Shown: positions 51,540 to 63,888 of the stretch, piece by piece
Layout: each line of letters begins with the position of its first letter
Position numbering within the stretch: position 1 is the stretch's first letter
Source: an uncultured Lentisphaerales bacterium
GTDB taxonomy: Bacteria > Verrucomicrobiota > Lentisphaeria > JABSQK01 > UBA12247
Length of the DNA stretch: 64,000 nt
Assembly (NCBI GenBank): GCA_943788985.1
Contig: CALSSJ010000012.1
Location: forward strand, 64,001-128,000
Direction: 5' to 3'
Translations under genes and position numbers: made by a program
Notes under the pieces: generated by a model
What the model was told of the DNA's origin: nothing
Database searches by the model: none
Seen by the model: only the letters and a program-made list of their open reading frames with translations

Positions 51540-52981
51540 TGATGACGAAGTGCTTGTGGGGCGCGGCATTGATCCTGGCTGGTGTGCTCAGCAGTGCTGC
51601 GGAGTCCGCAGCGCCAGCCAAGCCCAATATTGTCATCATCCTCGCCGATGACCTGGGCTACGGAGATTGCAGCTACAACAATCCGGACTCGAAGATTCAC
51701 ACACCGCACATTGACCGGCTGGCAAAAGAGGGGCTACGCTTCAGCGATGCCCATTCTGCTGCCGCTACCTGCACGCCCTCGCGGTATGGTCTGCTCACTG
51801 GCATTAATCCCGCCAGGACCGGGGTGAGAAACACGCTGCTGAAAAAGGGCAAGCCCATCATCGACGAGCAGGAGACCACGATCGCGGCCCTGCTGAAACG
51901 CCAGGGCTACTCCACCCAGATGGTAGGCAAGTGGCATCTGGGCTTCGACATGGAGATGTCAGGAAAGAGACCGGAGTTCGATTTTTCCCGACCGCTGACC
52001 GGCGGGCCGCTGGATCGCGGATTCGATGCGTTCTTCGGCATTCATTCATCCCCGGGCTCCCAGCCGTATTTCTATATCGACGGTCGCGCTCCTGTTGCGG
52101 CACCGACCAAGATGAGCTCTGGTTCCTCTGGCCGGCAGGGCAAGAAGACTTCTTGGGTCAAGGGGAAAATAGCCCCCGGCTATGAGCATGAGGCGGTTGC
52201 TCCCCACCTCTGTGACAAAGCGGTAGAGATGATTCACGACCATGCCGCAGCGCCGAAAGGCAAGCCGCTGTTTCTCTATTATGCGTTCAGCTCCCCCCAC
52301 GCTCCCTGGCTGCCCAGCCAAGAATTTATCGGGAAAAGCGGCGTAGGAATCTACGGGGATTTCGTGGTGCAGCTTGATCATGAAGTCGGCCGGATTCAGC
52401 AGGCGCTCCGAGATACGGGTCTGGACCAGGATACCCTTCTTATCTTCACCAGCGACAACGGCCCGAGTTCGCATGCCGCCCAGGATAGTGAAGGGGCCGG
52501 GCATGCCGTTGCAGGCGTCTTTCGCGGGGGGAAAGCCTTCGCCTATGAGGGCGGGCATCGTGTGCCGTTCATCGCCACCTGGCCTGGCAGCATCCCAGCC
52601 GGGAGCGTGACGGAAAGCACCATTAATTTGACGGATGTTTTCGCGACACTGGCAGACCTGCTGCAGCTCGATGGCCCGCACGCCTGTCCCAGCATCACCG
52701 GTGACAGTCACAGTTTCCTGGCCGCTTTGCTCGAGCCCGGAAAGCGCGCGCCCCGTCCGCCCATGGTGAATACGCTGGACTGCATCCGCATCGACGATTG
52801 GAAGCTGGTGCACCCCGGGAGAGGGCGAGGCCCCAGCGAAACCAATGTCTCGAAGTTCAAGCTGTTCAATCTCGCCAATGACCTGGCCGAAGAACAGGAT
52901 CTAGCGGCGCAGAATCCGGAGAAGCTGAAGCGCCTCTATCGGCACTACAAGGGGTTCATAGGCGAGCGGAAGCTGAAGTAA
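51539..52981 (+). CDS. S1 sulfatase (arylsulfatase A-like)
   Basis: KPNIVIILADDLG, CTPSR, GKWHL, TSDNG, EGGHRVPF; start MMTKCLW. Confidence 0.95.
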   Translation: MMTKCLWGAALILAGVLSSAAESAAPAKPNIVIILADDLGYGDCSYNNPDSKIHTPHIDRLAKEGLRFSDAHSAAATCTPSRYGLLTGINPARTGVRNTLLKKGKPIIDEQETTIAALLKRQGYSTQMVGKWHLGFDMEMSGKRPEFDFSRPLTGGPLDRGFDAFFGIHSSPGSQPYFYIDGRAPVAAPTKMSSGSSGRQGKKTSWVKGKIAPGYEHEAVAPHLCDKAVEMIHDHAAAPKGKPLFLYYAFSSPHAPWLPSQEFIGKSGVGIYGDFVVQLDHEVGRIQQALRDTGLDQDTLLIFTSDNGPSSHAAQDSEGAGHAVAGVFRGGKAFAYEGGHRVPFIATWPGSIPAGSVTESTINLTDVFATLADLLQLDGPHACPSITGDSHSFLAALLEPGKRAPRPPMVNTLDCIRIDDWKLVHPGRGRGPSETNVSKFKLFNLANDLAEEQDLAAQNPEKLKRLYRHYKGFIGERKLK

Positions 52982-53022
52982 GATGATCAGACCGCTACCA
53001 CATATTCTGCAGGAATCCCGTT

Positions 53023-54826
53023 ATGTTTAGCTTCACCTGCCCTCATTGCCAGGAAGTTCTTGAGCAGGAAGAGGACTACACGGGCAGTAAAGTCCGATGT
53101 TACGCGTGTGGCGAGAAATTCATCGTCGCGATCGACAATGATTGCGCGCCTGAACCTGCCTTGCCTCAGACACCAGCTGTTCGGTCAAGGCCAAGACCGA
53201 AACGAAGAAGTGGCCAGAGGGCTACGTCACGATCACTCCCAGAGAGAACACGACGGCCTAGCCGGAAACCAGTGCAGGCTCCCAAGAAGCCGCCAGCAAA
53301 GCGCCCCAAATTCATCTGGGTCGCTCTCGGCGTCTGCTGCATTGGCATTGCTGCGATGGTGATTTCCTCGAGCAAGACAAACACTTCGGCTCGCAGCACA
53401 AGTGCTTTGAGCAAATCAGCTGGCGACCCCAAGAAAACGGCAATGGTGGAACCCGAAGCTGTCGTGAACGGTGCCGAGGAAGAACCTTCTACCCCAGTGC
53501 AGGTAGAGCCAATCTCGGACGAAAGCCAAGTATTTACCTTCAAGGGAAAGCTCGTGGGCTGGAAGCACGAGACGAAGCATCCGAATACACTGCGGTTCGA
53601 CCTGCTGGGCTATAAGGACGATGGATCGGGTAAAATGCGCTTTCCGTCAGCAGGGGATGCCATCAAGGGCATAAACCTCGAGGGGTTCGTAGATACCTAT
53701 GTCCGGGTGGGCTTCAGGGGATGCTATGACGACACAGGCAACAAGATCTATACAGAGAAGATTTTGGACATTGAGGAGCTTGAGGCCGCAGAACTGAAGG
53801 CGTACCTGGCTGATATAGAGGAAACAGTCTGACCCGCGTGTTTGATCCTTCCCCCAACGCCTTGGCCTTTTCGGGGACCTGGGGACCGCGCATGTCGGAT
53901 TCCGTCGGCGATGCAGCCCGATGAGCTGAAACACTTCAAGGTAGGCGAGTTTGCGGCGCAGATTTCCCAACTGACGACTGCCTCCTACGTGATGGTCAAC
54001 GTCACCCAACCTGCGCATGGCAATTTTCTTCACCGGGCCGCATCCTGAACCTGGCAGAATCCCTTAAGTTGGCAAAGCCAGTATTTCCGACCCGGGATGT
54101 GCTGGGAGAGGTGTTGGAGGCAATTGCGAACGCCAACAAGAAGGCCTTGGTGTACTTTGCTGCCGAAGGGTTTCACGCCCACGGCAATGGCAGCAGTCGT
54201 GCCCCCTGGGACAGGCATGTGTAAATCATTGGGCATGACGCATGATGACGCCACTGGTGAGCTCCTGGTCGGGTATTACGCAAAGAGATACAAGACCAAG
54301 ATTCACGGTTGGTGGTTTGACGGTTCAGGCGCGTTGGACAGCCAGGAAAGACTTGCCTGGCGCAAGCTGGTGCGTGCCGAAAACCCCAAGGCGATCGTGG
54401 TCTTCAATCGCATGGCCGGTCCGCCATTTCGGTCGACTGCCCTAGTGCGATTTCTTTGGTGGGCATCCTACCCCCCAGATCCGTGCATAAGTTCTGGGAC
54501 ATGGTCAACCTGCCCATGATAGAGGCGCTCGAGGCGGGGGCTTGGATGGATCCGCAAGGCAATCCAGTTGAGCAACCAGGAAGCGGCGCCCCTGGGGCAT
54601 GTGTTCATTGGGCATGCAGGACCGCTGGAATTTTGGCAAATGTGCCTTCCCGCCTGATCAGGCTGTTGACTGGACGACACGGGTACTCGCAGCGGGCGGG
54701 ATGTACACCTGGCATGCCCCGCGAAGCGGATCCGCAATGGCAAGACAGCAGTTTAAGCTGCTACTCAAGATCAACAACGCAGTAAAACGCGCGAGAGGCG
54801 ATCAGGGGACCATCAAACAGAAATAA
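53023..54826 (+). CDS. Zn-ribbon + TM + unknown domain + GH107-like endo-fucanase domain; many frameshifts after 53825
   Basis: CPHC..CYAC, basic/Pro linker, TM FIWVALGVCCIGIAAMVI; reconstructed FRGTWG, VMVNVTQPAHG, KKALVYF, RYKTKIHGWWFD, DFFGGHPTP, HVF.GMQDRW, GGMYTW. Confidence 0.65.
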
Positions 54827-55032
54827 CGGACGCATCGCGCCGAACAGCATCAAGGTTCTGAGATCAGTGGCAGGAGTTTCTTATCCACGGCAGCGCTGAC
54901 GGGAGGCGCACGGGAGCACGCCAGAAGCTGATTTTTTTAGGTTTGCGAGGCAGGAACTCACGTCTTCACTCAAGGCTTTGCGGATTGTACACCTCAAGTC
55001 GCACTCGAAGGACTTCCATGAGTAAAAGAGGG

Positions 55033-55099
55033 GTAGCTTGGCTCTCTGAGCCGAGCCGCGGTGTGCTATGGGGGACGCGGGTCAGAGACCCAACGCTAC
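55033..55099. repeat. REPIN-like inverted pair with GTAG ends
   Basis: GTAGCTTGGCTCTCTGAGCC ... GGGTCAGAGACCCAACGCTAC. Confidence 0.55.
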
Positions 55100-55207
55100 T
55101 TCTTCGGGGATGTCACGCGGGCTGGAGCCGGAGATGCACGGCCGTCACGGTGGGGGCGGTTCCGAATGATGCCCTTCTTGCACTCATGGGGGATGCATTG
55201 TTGCGCG

Positions 55208-55235
55208 TTGTGGCCTTAACTTTTTCGGGTACTAT
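55208..55235 (+). promoter_or_regulatory. Candidate promoter TTGTGG-N16-TACTAT
   Basis: Hexamer match about 70 bp upstream of the esterase start. Confidence 0.45.
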
Positions 55236-55304
55236 GCTGTGACGTCGACGTTTCCCGCGGACGCCCGCTACTCCCACCACTATCACCAACAGAAAAGATA
55301 TCCA

Positions 55305-56938
55305 ATGAAGCCACTGCATCTGCTTGTCACCTTGATCACCACGCTCTCCCTCACCAGCCTGGCCGACGTGAGGCCAGCGAAACTGTTTTCCGACCACATG
55401 GTGATTCAGCGCGAGACCCAGGCCCCGGTCTGGGGCTGGGCAGATCCCGGGGAAACGGTCACGGTGACCGGCGACTGGGGGGCGTCGGCAACCACGACGG
55501 CAGATGCCGTTGGCAAGTGGAAACTGAAGCTTCAGACGCCCGCTGCCGGAGGGCCGCCACGCCATTTCGATCCAGGGCCGCAATACAGTGGGCATCAAGA
55601 ATGTGCTCGTGGGAGAGGTGTGGCTGTGCTCGGGGCAGTCGAACATGGACTTTTTCGATGAAGATGCTGGCCAAGTCCAGCAAGCGGACCGAAGAAAGAG
55701 ACAAGCCGCTCGCCGACTATCTCAAGAAGGAAATGGAAACGGCCCAGGATGACCTTCTCCGCCAGTTTACGGTCCAGAAAAGGACCTCACCGTTCGCAGC
55801 GGTGGCGACAGTGAACAGGCGATTGGGCGGCATCGGCCCCGGAAACCAACCCGGAGTTCTCCGCTACAGCCTATTTCTTTGGGCGCGAACTGCGCCAGGG
55901 CGCTTGGCGTACCGTGTCGGCCTGATCGAGTGCGCCTGGGGCGGCACGCGGGTCGAGCCCTGGATGCCTGCGGAAGCCTTTGAAGACGACAAGACAATGG
56001 GCCGCCTATTTCGAGAGCAATATGTCTGCTCTCAAGGGGAAGGTCGCCGCCTGGGATCCGGCTCAGGTGGAGGGCGAAACACCAGGCCGCATTAAAGCGC
56101 TGGCAGGCGACCAAGAAGCGCCGGAAGCCCCGAAAGGCGGCGGACCCGAAAAGCAGCTCGCAAGTTTCCCGCCACACGTCTTCAACGGCATGGTCAGCCC
56201 AGTTCTTCCCTATGCGCTCAAAGGCGCCATCTGGTACCAGGGTGAATCGAATGCCGGGCACAACACTGAAAAATATGCACGCAACTTCGAGGCGATGATC
56301 AAGGGCTGGCGCGCGCGGTGGGGCCAGGGTGATTTCCCTTTCTATTTTGCACAGTTGGCCAACTTCAAGGCCCCTCCCGCGGAACCAGTCGAACATAACG
56401 GCTGGGCATCTGTGTGCGATCAGCAAAGAAGAACGCTCAGCCTCACGAATACCGGCATGGCAGTGCTCAACGACATCGGTGAACCCAACGACATCCACCC
56501 CGCACAACAAGATGGATGTGGGCAGGCGCCTGGCTCTCTGGGCACTAAAGAATGATTACGGATTGGCGATTCCTGCCTGGAGCGGGCCCTTGTATCGGAG
56601 TCATGAGGTCACGGGCAACAAAGTGATCATCAGCTTCGACCATGCAGGGGCGGGGCTAATGGCAGGCACCAAGAGTGGAATGGACAATGCACAGCAGACC
56701 GAGGCACCGCTGAAACGCTTCCAGATTTGTGGCGAGGACCGCGAGTGGCACTGGGCGGATGCCGAAATCACCGGTCCAGACGCCATCACAGTCTCCCATC
56801 CAGACGTGCGCCAACCGCTCGTGGTTCGCTATGCCTGGGCCCAGAATCCCGAGGGGCGCGAATCTCTACAACAAAGAGGGCTTGCCCGCTTCTATTTTTA
56901 CCACGGAAACGGAAATCCCCGCCAGGGAACCTCGCTGA
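55305..56938 (+). CDS. Sialate O-acetylesterase (SASA/SGNH) family, many frameshifts
   Basis: [64 protein letters not shown]. Confidence 0.9.
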
Positions 56939-57185
56939 GCAAGGTTCCCACAGCACGATGGAAAGGAGAAGGATGAACGTCATGATCGCGATTGCGATGA
57001 TCGCAGCCACTCCCGCAGATGCCTTGGATGCGATTTTTCGCTTCGATGCTCTAAGTCCGGCAGACTGCTAGGCGATGGGATCAATCGAGACTTCGAGGCG
57101 TCTTACGTTGCGATCGGGCGCCGATATCTTGGGCGTACTCGCAGGGGCCGCAGGCTGGAGAGAGGTTGGAAGAGTACAGTAGTGG

Positions 57186-58059
57186 ATGAATGAGTTACGG
57201 GTTAGCAGTCAAGAAGGCGCTCCTGGGCTGGGATTGTGGGGCAGAGAGTCTTCGCTGCTGCCCTGGCTTGCGACGCTGCAGGCAAAGGGAATCAGCTACT
57301 CGTCGGCGCGAGTCGGCAAGAAGTGGCTGATCCTGGTTGATGGGTGCGATGCGGCGCGCGCACAGGCCGAGATCGCGACTCTTGAGGCGGAGGGAGACCT
57401 CTGGTTTGAGCCGCCCTTGGGGCCTGCGTTACCAACTGGCGCGGGCACGGTCGCAGTGCTATTGGGGCTGCTTCTGATGTTCTCCCTGACGGGTGCCTCA
57501 GCAGGACACCGACGTGGCTCTGCGGGCTGCCTGGAACAGCGGCGAAGCGGTGTGGGACAGGCGAGTGGTATCGCTGCTGGACGGCGCTGTGGCTGCACGC
57601 AGATGCCACACATCTAGCCGGAAACCTTTTCGGCATGGCGGTAGTTGGCTGCGGGTCTGCCAACGAAAAGGAGACGGCGTGGGCTGGCTGATGCTGTTCC
57701 TGTCTGCGGGAATCGCCAACGCCTGGAATGGCGCGTGGCAGACGCATTTGTCGATTGGAGCTTCGACCATGGTCTTCGCGGGATTCGGAATCCTGGTGGC
57801 TGCCTGGCAGGCCAGTGGGCGAGCGAGCTATGGGCAGATCGTGGCCATGCTGTTAGCATTGCTGGGGATCCTCGGGACAGGTGGTGCTCGGACGGACATT
57901 GGCGCGCACCTGTGCGGCCTTGTGTGCGGTTTCCTGATTGGGCGGGCGTTTGAGCACGCAGAAGTGGCGTTTGATAGCTTGCGGCAGGATTGGGCAGCGC
58001 TTGCGGTGCTAGGCTTGAATGTCGTAGCCTGGGGCGCGTGGGCGATTATGGCAGGCTGA
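57186..58059 (+). CDS. Rhomboid family intramembrane serine protease, frameshifted
   Basis: SIGAST (catalytic Ser), DIGAHLCG (His), LHADATH in another frame; multiple TMs. Confidence 0.8.
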
Positions 58060-58062
58060 GAT

Positions 58063-58201
58063 CAATATCCAACAGCCGAAGGCAGGCGAAGTCTACGAAT
58101 CTCCAATTCCCATCGGATCGATCGCCAATCCTGTGCCATCGATGGTTGGCCCTGCGTCTTCCCTTGGAAATTGGAAATTCCGTGTTGGCTGTTGGATATT
58201 G
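58063..58201. repeat. ~139-bp inverted-repeat element between convergent stops (possible bidirectional terminator)
   Basis: Perfect 15-bp IR CAATATCCAACAGCC / GGCTGTTGGATATTG plus heptamer-like TTGGAAA units. Confidence 0.7.
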
Positions 58202-58202
58202 C

Positions 58203-59149
58203 TCAGGCGTTGCCAGCCTCTTGGAAGCGCACGCGTGGGTCGAGCAACCCGTAGGCGAGATCGGCGATGAGGTTGCAGATCACGATGAAGGTTCCGTAGA
58301 CGATGACGGTGCCGATTACCAGCGTGAAGTCGCGGTTCAGGGCACTTTCGACGAACTTGCTGCCCAGCCCGGGAATGCCGAAGATCATTTCAACGACAAG
58401 TGAGCCAGTGGTGACGGAGGCGATCGGCTGGCCCGAGATAGCTGACTACTGGCATCAGGGCACCACGCAGAGCATGGCGCAGAATCACGATGCGCTCGGG
58501 CAAGCCCTTGGCGCGGGCTGTGCGGATGTAATCCTGCTGCAGGACTTCGAGCATGCCAGCGCGGGCCAGGCGTGCGATGCGGGCTGCGAATGGGAAGGCC
58601 AAGGTGAGCGCGGGTAGAATCAGGTAGACCGGCGCGCGAATGCCCTCATAGCCGGTCAGTGGTAGCCAGTCGAGCTTCATGGCAAACAGAATCTGCAGCA
58701 TCGGGCCAATCACAAAGGTTGGCAGGCTGATCCCGATGACGGCCAAGAGCATGGCACCTACATCGCGCGCGGAGTTTTGGTGCAAGGCGGCGATGGTTCC
58801 CAGAATCAGGCCCATTCCCAGCGCCAGGCAGAGTGCCAAGCCGCCGAGCAACATCGAGGCGGGGAGAGCACGAGCAATAATCTCGGTGACCGAATGGCCC
58901 TTGTGCTTGATCGATGGGCCCAGATCACCTTTTGCGAGGTCCGCAAGAAAGCAGCCGTATTGCACGGCTAGCGGACGGTCGAGCCGGTACTTTGCTTCAA
59001 GTGCAGCCATGACCTGGGGATCGACATTGCGGTCGCCTGAGAAAGGGTTGCCAGGCGCGAAGCGGATCAGAAAGAACGAGATGGTGATGAGGACCAGCAG
59101 CACGACCGGTGGCCTGGAGTAAGCGAACCATTGGCATAGCGAGCCACAT
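58203..59149 (-). CDS. oppB: Oligopeptide ABC permease, frameshifted
   Basis: APGNPF, GDLGPS, DYIRTARAKGL, HALR, IFGIPGLG, DLAYGLLDPRV. Confidence 0.9.
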
Positions 59150-60763
59150 CAGCGCTCCAGCCAGATGTACTTGAGCGGGTGATAGTCCCGCACATTGTCG
59201 TACCAGCCCAGAACTTGCTCGGCGAGCAGGCCTTGATTGACGTAGATGTAGAGCGGCAGGATAGGCATCTCCTGTTCCACTAGAATGCGCTCCATATCCT
59301 GAAACAGCGCGAAGCGAGTCGCTTTGTCTGGTTCATTAGCGGCCTGCTGCAGTAGCTCGTCGTAGGGCTTGCTGGACCAGCCGGTGCGATTGTTGCCGCC
59401 GTCGGAAACCCACATGTCGAAGAATGTATTTGGATCGTTGTAGTCGCCGATCCAGCTTGAGCGCGCGATCTGGTAATTTAGCTGATTCATGTCGCTTAGA
59501 AACACCTTCCACTCGGAGTTATGGAGGGAGATCTGCGCGCCCAAGTTGTTCTTCCATTGCTGGGATAGGGCCTCTGCCACGGCCTTGTGCCCCTCGCTGG
59601 TATTGTAAAGCAGTTCGACCTCTGGGAAGGGGTTTGCCGTTCTGGCCATAGCCGGCCTCGGCCAACAGGGCCACGGCTTTCTCTGGATCGTAGGCGAGCC
59701 CGGCTACGTGTTTGTAGCCGCCTGCGGGGGGGCAGAACCAGGTGGCTGGCTCTTGGCCGCCCTTGAGAATATGGGAGGTGATCAACTCGCGATTGGTCGC
59801 CAAGGCAAAGGCTTGACGCACGCGGGCGTCGTTGAACGGCGGCTTGGTGCAGTTGAATCGGTAGAAGTAGACTCCTAGGTATGGCATGACGTAGTAATCC
59901 GGGTCGCGTTGCGCCTCCTCGATTCTTGCTAACGGGAGCGCTGGCAGCCAGTGCAACTGCTTCTTTTTGAAGAGGTTAAAGGCGACGTTGAGCTCGGTTT
60001 GCGGACTGACTGTAATCTTCTTGAGAGTGACGTGCTTGCGGTCCCAGTAGTGAGGATTTCCGGTCAGCTCGATCCGCTGCTCCGGGAGCCACTCGCTGAG
60101 GACGAATGGGCCGTTGTTGACGATGTTGTCCTTCCGCACCCAGCGATCGCCATGTTGCTTTATTACGGCCGTTGGTGTTGGAAACAGGGTGTGGAAGGCC
60201 ACCAAGTCCAGGAAGTATGGGCACGGGCGTTCCAGCGTGGACAACGAAGGTCCGCGCGTCTGGGGCTGTGGCACCGACTTCAGCGAACTCCGCAATATCG
60301 CCACGGTTAAGGCCTCGGCGTTCTTGACCGGGTAAAGCTGGTAGGCGTAGGCTGCAGCGGTAGTTGGGGTGAGGACGCGCTCCCAGGAGGCCATGAAATC
60401 CTGGCTGGTCACGGGCGAGCCGTCTGACCACTTTGCGTTCGCTCGCAGGTTGAAGGTGTAGCTGAGTTGATCAGCGGAGATGCTCCAGGACGCGGCGACA
60501 CCAGGGCGCGGCTCAAGCGTTTCTGGGTCCAGCGAGATCAGGCCTTCGAACAGCGCATCGACAATCCGTGATTCGGGAACGCCGGTGATGAGTGCTGGAT
60601 CCAGTGTCTCTGGCTCCGTTCCGTTGTTGAAGACGAAGTGCTGCTCGGTCTCCCTCCAGGCATCGCCTTCTGGAAGCAAGCGTGCTTTCCAGGCTGGCAA
60701 TTCGGCTGCCGCTGCGGAGTTCGCAATCCACAACATGATCAAGATCATCACGAGCTGTCGCAT
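59149..60763 (-). CDS. oppA: Oligopeptide ABC substrate-binding protein, frameshifted
   Basis: EPETLDP, LFEGL, WSDGSPVT, NGPF, PPFNDARVRQA, WIGDYNDP. Confidence 0.92.
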
Positions 60764-60786
60764 GAGAGGCTCCCGAGGCAGGCTGG

Positions 60787-63700
60787 TTATTCGCTGACTG
60801 CGGATGAGGACAGCGAGAAGATATCGCGCAACTGCTCTGTACTCAAATTCACGATCAATTGCTCGCCGGAAGGAATGATATTCGTGGCCAATTCCTTCTT
60901 CTGCTCGATCATCTGATCGACCTTTTCTTCGACAGTTCCGATGCTAATCAGCTTATGTACTTGCACGTTCCGCGTCTGGCCGATGCGGTAGGCACGGTCT
61001 GTGGCCTGGTCTTCCACTGCCGGGTTCCACCAGCGGTCGAAGTGAAAGACGTGCGAGGCTGCAGTCAGGTTCAAGCCGGTACCTCCCGCTTTCAGCGAGA
61101 GAATGAAGATCGGTGGGCCACCGTCGCGTTGGAAAGCGGTTGACCATGTCATCGCGCTGCCATTGGGGAGTGCCGCCGTGGAGGAAAAAGACCTCTACGC
61201 CGAAGTGCTGCTGCAGACGCTTCTCCATCATCTTGCCCATCTGTGTGAACTGGGTAAAAATCAGGGTCTTGTCGCCTTCTTGAAGGACCACCTCCAGCAT
61301 CTCTTCCAGGCACTGGAACTTGCCTGAACGCTCGGGTTTGAATTCGCTACCGTTCTGAGAAAAATGGAGCGGATGGTTCGTGATCTGCTTGAGCTTGGTG
61401 AGGGTGGCAAGTACGATTCCCTTGCGGGCAATTCCCTCGCGCCCTGCGAGCTTCTCGAGCATGTTGTCCACGACTTCCTGATACAAGGTAGCCTGCTCGG
61501 TGGTCAGGTTACAGTAGACCTTCATTTCCTGCTTCTCTGGAAGATCGCGGATGATGTTGCGGTCTGTCTTCAAGCGGCGCAGGATGAACGGCTTAACGAT
61601 CTTTCGGAGCAGCGCTAATTGTTCGTGGTCGCCGCCGCGTTCGATTGGCAGTGCGAAGTTCGCACGAAAGTTCCCGAGGTCTCCGAGGTAGCCCGGATTC
61701 AGGAATTCCATGATCGACCACAGCTCGGTCAAGCGGTTCTCAACCGGCGTGCCGGTGAGGCAGAAGCGGAATGCGCCCTTGAGTGAGCGCGCCGCGATCG
61801 TCTGCTTGGTGGCGGGATTCTTAATGTTCTGGGCTTCGTCGAGGACGATGTTGCGCCATTCGGTGCGCAGGAAGCTGAGTTGATCGCGGACGAGCAGCGT
61901 GTAGGTCGTGATGATCACATCAGATTCCTCCAGCGTCTGGAGAAACTGATCGTAGACGACGCGGTCGGTTCCATGGTGCACTCGTACGCGGAGGCTCGGC
62001 GAGAAGCGCTGGAATTCTCGTTCCCAGTTGCCGACTACGGACATCGGGCAGACAACCAGTGATGTGCCATTAGACTCGGCATTGTGGACATGATCTCGCA
62101 GCAGCAGCGTGATGGTCTGGATCGTTTTTCCCAAGCCCATGTCGTCTGCCAGACAGGCGCCAAAGCCGAGCTGGCGTAGAAACCACATCCAAGAGAAACC
62201 GACAACCTGATAGTCACGGAGCGTGCCGACCAGCCCGTCTGGTACGGGCAGAATTTCGAAGCCATCCCCTGGCTTGAGTTCGTTGAACAGCCGGCCGATG
62301 TCGCCTTGCACTTGGATGTCGAGAATGGGCAGGCCGCCTTTCGCAGGCATGGCCAGCCCGGCTTCGAGGGCCCCGGCCAGCGTTGCTTCTCCACTGGTGC
62401 CGTTTTCGTCCATGATCTTGACGGTGTTCTGCAGCACTTGGGCATCCAGGCGCATCCATTTTCCACCGTGGTAGACAATCTCCGACTTGCTTTCTGCCAG
62501 CTGGCGAAACTCATCCTCGGTCAGGATCGTATCGCCCACGGAGACTTGCCAGTGGTAGGAGACCAGCTGGTCGACCCCGAGGACGTGCTCGCGATCGTAG
62601 GTGATGCCGGAACGTGGCGCAATCTTAACGCGCAGGCCCAAGGCCTTCTGCGAACTCCGCAACCATGGCGGTAGGATGACCGGAAAGCCTTCCTTCTCAA
62701 GGGCGGCCACGGTCCCATCGAGGAACTCCATAGCCTCGGCCTTGCTCATTTCCAGATAAGCTGGCTCGCGATCGGCAAGTGCGCGACTGAGCGCCGGCAA
62801 CGTCGCACTGGCAGTACCCAAGCCGCCGAGAATGACTTCAGGCAGGATGGCGTTGCCGACTGATTCCTGGGGCTTACCACTCCAAACTTCGTCTGCTTCC
62901 ACGCGGATAGACGGGTCCCGAATCGAGCAGAGCATAAACTCTAGGCGCCAAATCTCGTTTGCTTCTTGCGGGCTGATCATGCGAAACCCAACGCGTAGTC
63001 CAGTTTCCCCCGGCATCGGGCGCATCCCGGCATTCCACTTGTTCACCTGCGAGGCGAATCCTGTGAGCTGCGTATTATTGGCACGCAGCTCCGTGGCCAA
63101 GACTGGCTTGCGCAGCTGCGCCACCCACTGACGTGGCAGGGTAGATTTCCCTTTACCTTTCGGGGCGGCAGCTGGGGGCCTCATTCCTAAATGATGGCGG
63201 ACCAAGTGGTCTACGCAGGCATCAATAAAAGAAAGCGCTAAAAGTTCGGGGTTGCGGCAGTTTTCCAGCTCGTCATCGAGACAGAAGTTCCGACAGATGC
63301 CTGGCACCGAGTTCGCCAGCTGCGCCCAACGGTCTTCCAGATCCGGGGGGATGACCGCGCGCCACGAGCCGTAGTACTTCTGCTGCATATCGATCACGCC
63401 CGGCATGTAGAGCCGCTCGTCTACCAGGTACTGGCTGAAGTCGGTGAGGACACGCCAGTACTGGAGGGAAGGTGCCCATTGGAGTTCATCGGCCACGTGG
63501 GTTCGCACGGAGTGCCCGAGGAGGTATTCCACGGCATCGTCAGTGAGGGACTCGGCGGTCGCAATTTTATAGCGCCGCAATTCCAGGTTCCCACTTACGA
63601 CATCGTCCGGACCCGCAGGCCGATCACCAAAGATGGGCGTATCGAGATAGCGTGTGTGTTCGGGTTCAAATGCCTGCAGGCGTTCCGGAAGTTTCTGCGT

Positions 63701-63823
63701 CAGAACATCGTAACTGCAGTTTCTTGGGTGGGCGAGGGCGGTTACAGGACGGTCTGTTTCTTCGTCCTCTTCCAACCAAAAATTTACAACGTAGCTATCA
63801 GGCAGCCAAAAAGCGTGAAGCAT
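60787..63823 (-). CDS. SNF2/SWI2-family helicase, frameshift near 61130
   Basis: [61 protein letters not shown]; start MLHAFW. Confidence 0.95.
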
Positions 63824-63860
63824 AATCTCTAACTTGGAACTTTGGCGAATAGGGCTAGAA

Positions 63861-63888
63861 CAGATAGTCAGATCGAGCAATGAAACAA
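63861..63888 (-). promoter_or_regulatory. Candidate promoter TTGTTT-N16-TATCTG for the SNF2-opp genes
   Basis: Position about 37 bp upstream of the start; weak hexamers. Confidence 0.4.

Noticed and set aside
56973..57180. Short signal-peptide-like ORF after the esterase (SD AGAAGG, MNVMIAIAMIAA)
   Set aside because: Stops after about 32 codons with no recognisable continuation; may be a remnant at the island edge but cannot be supported
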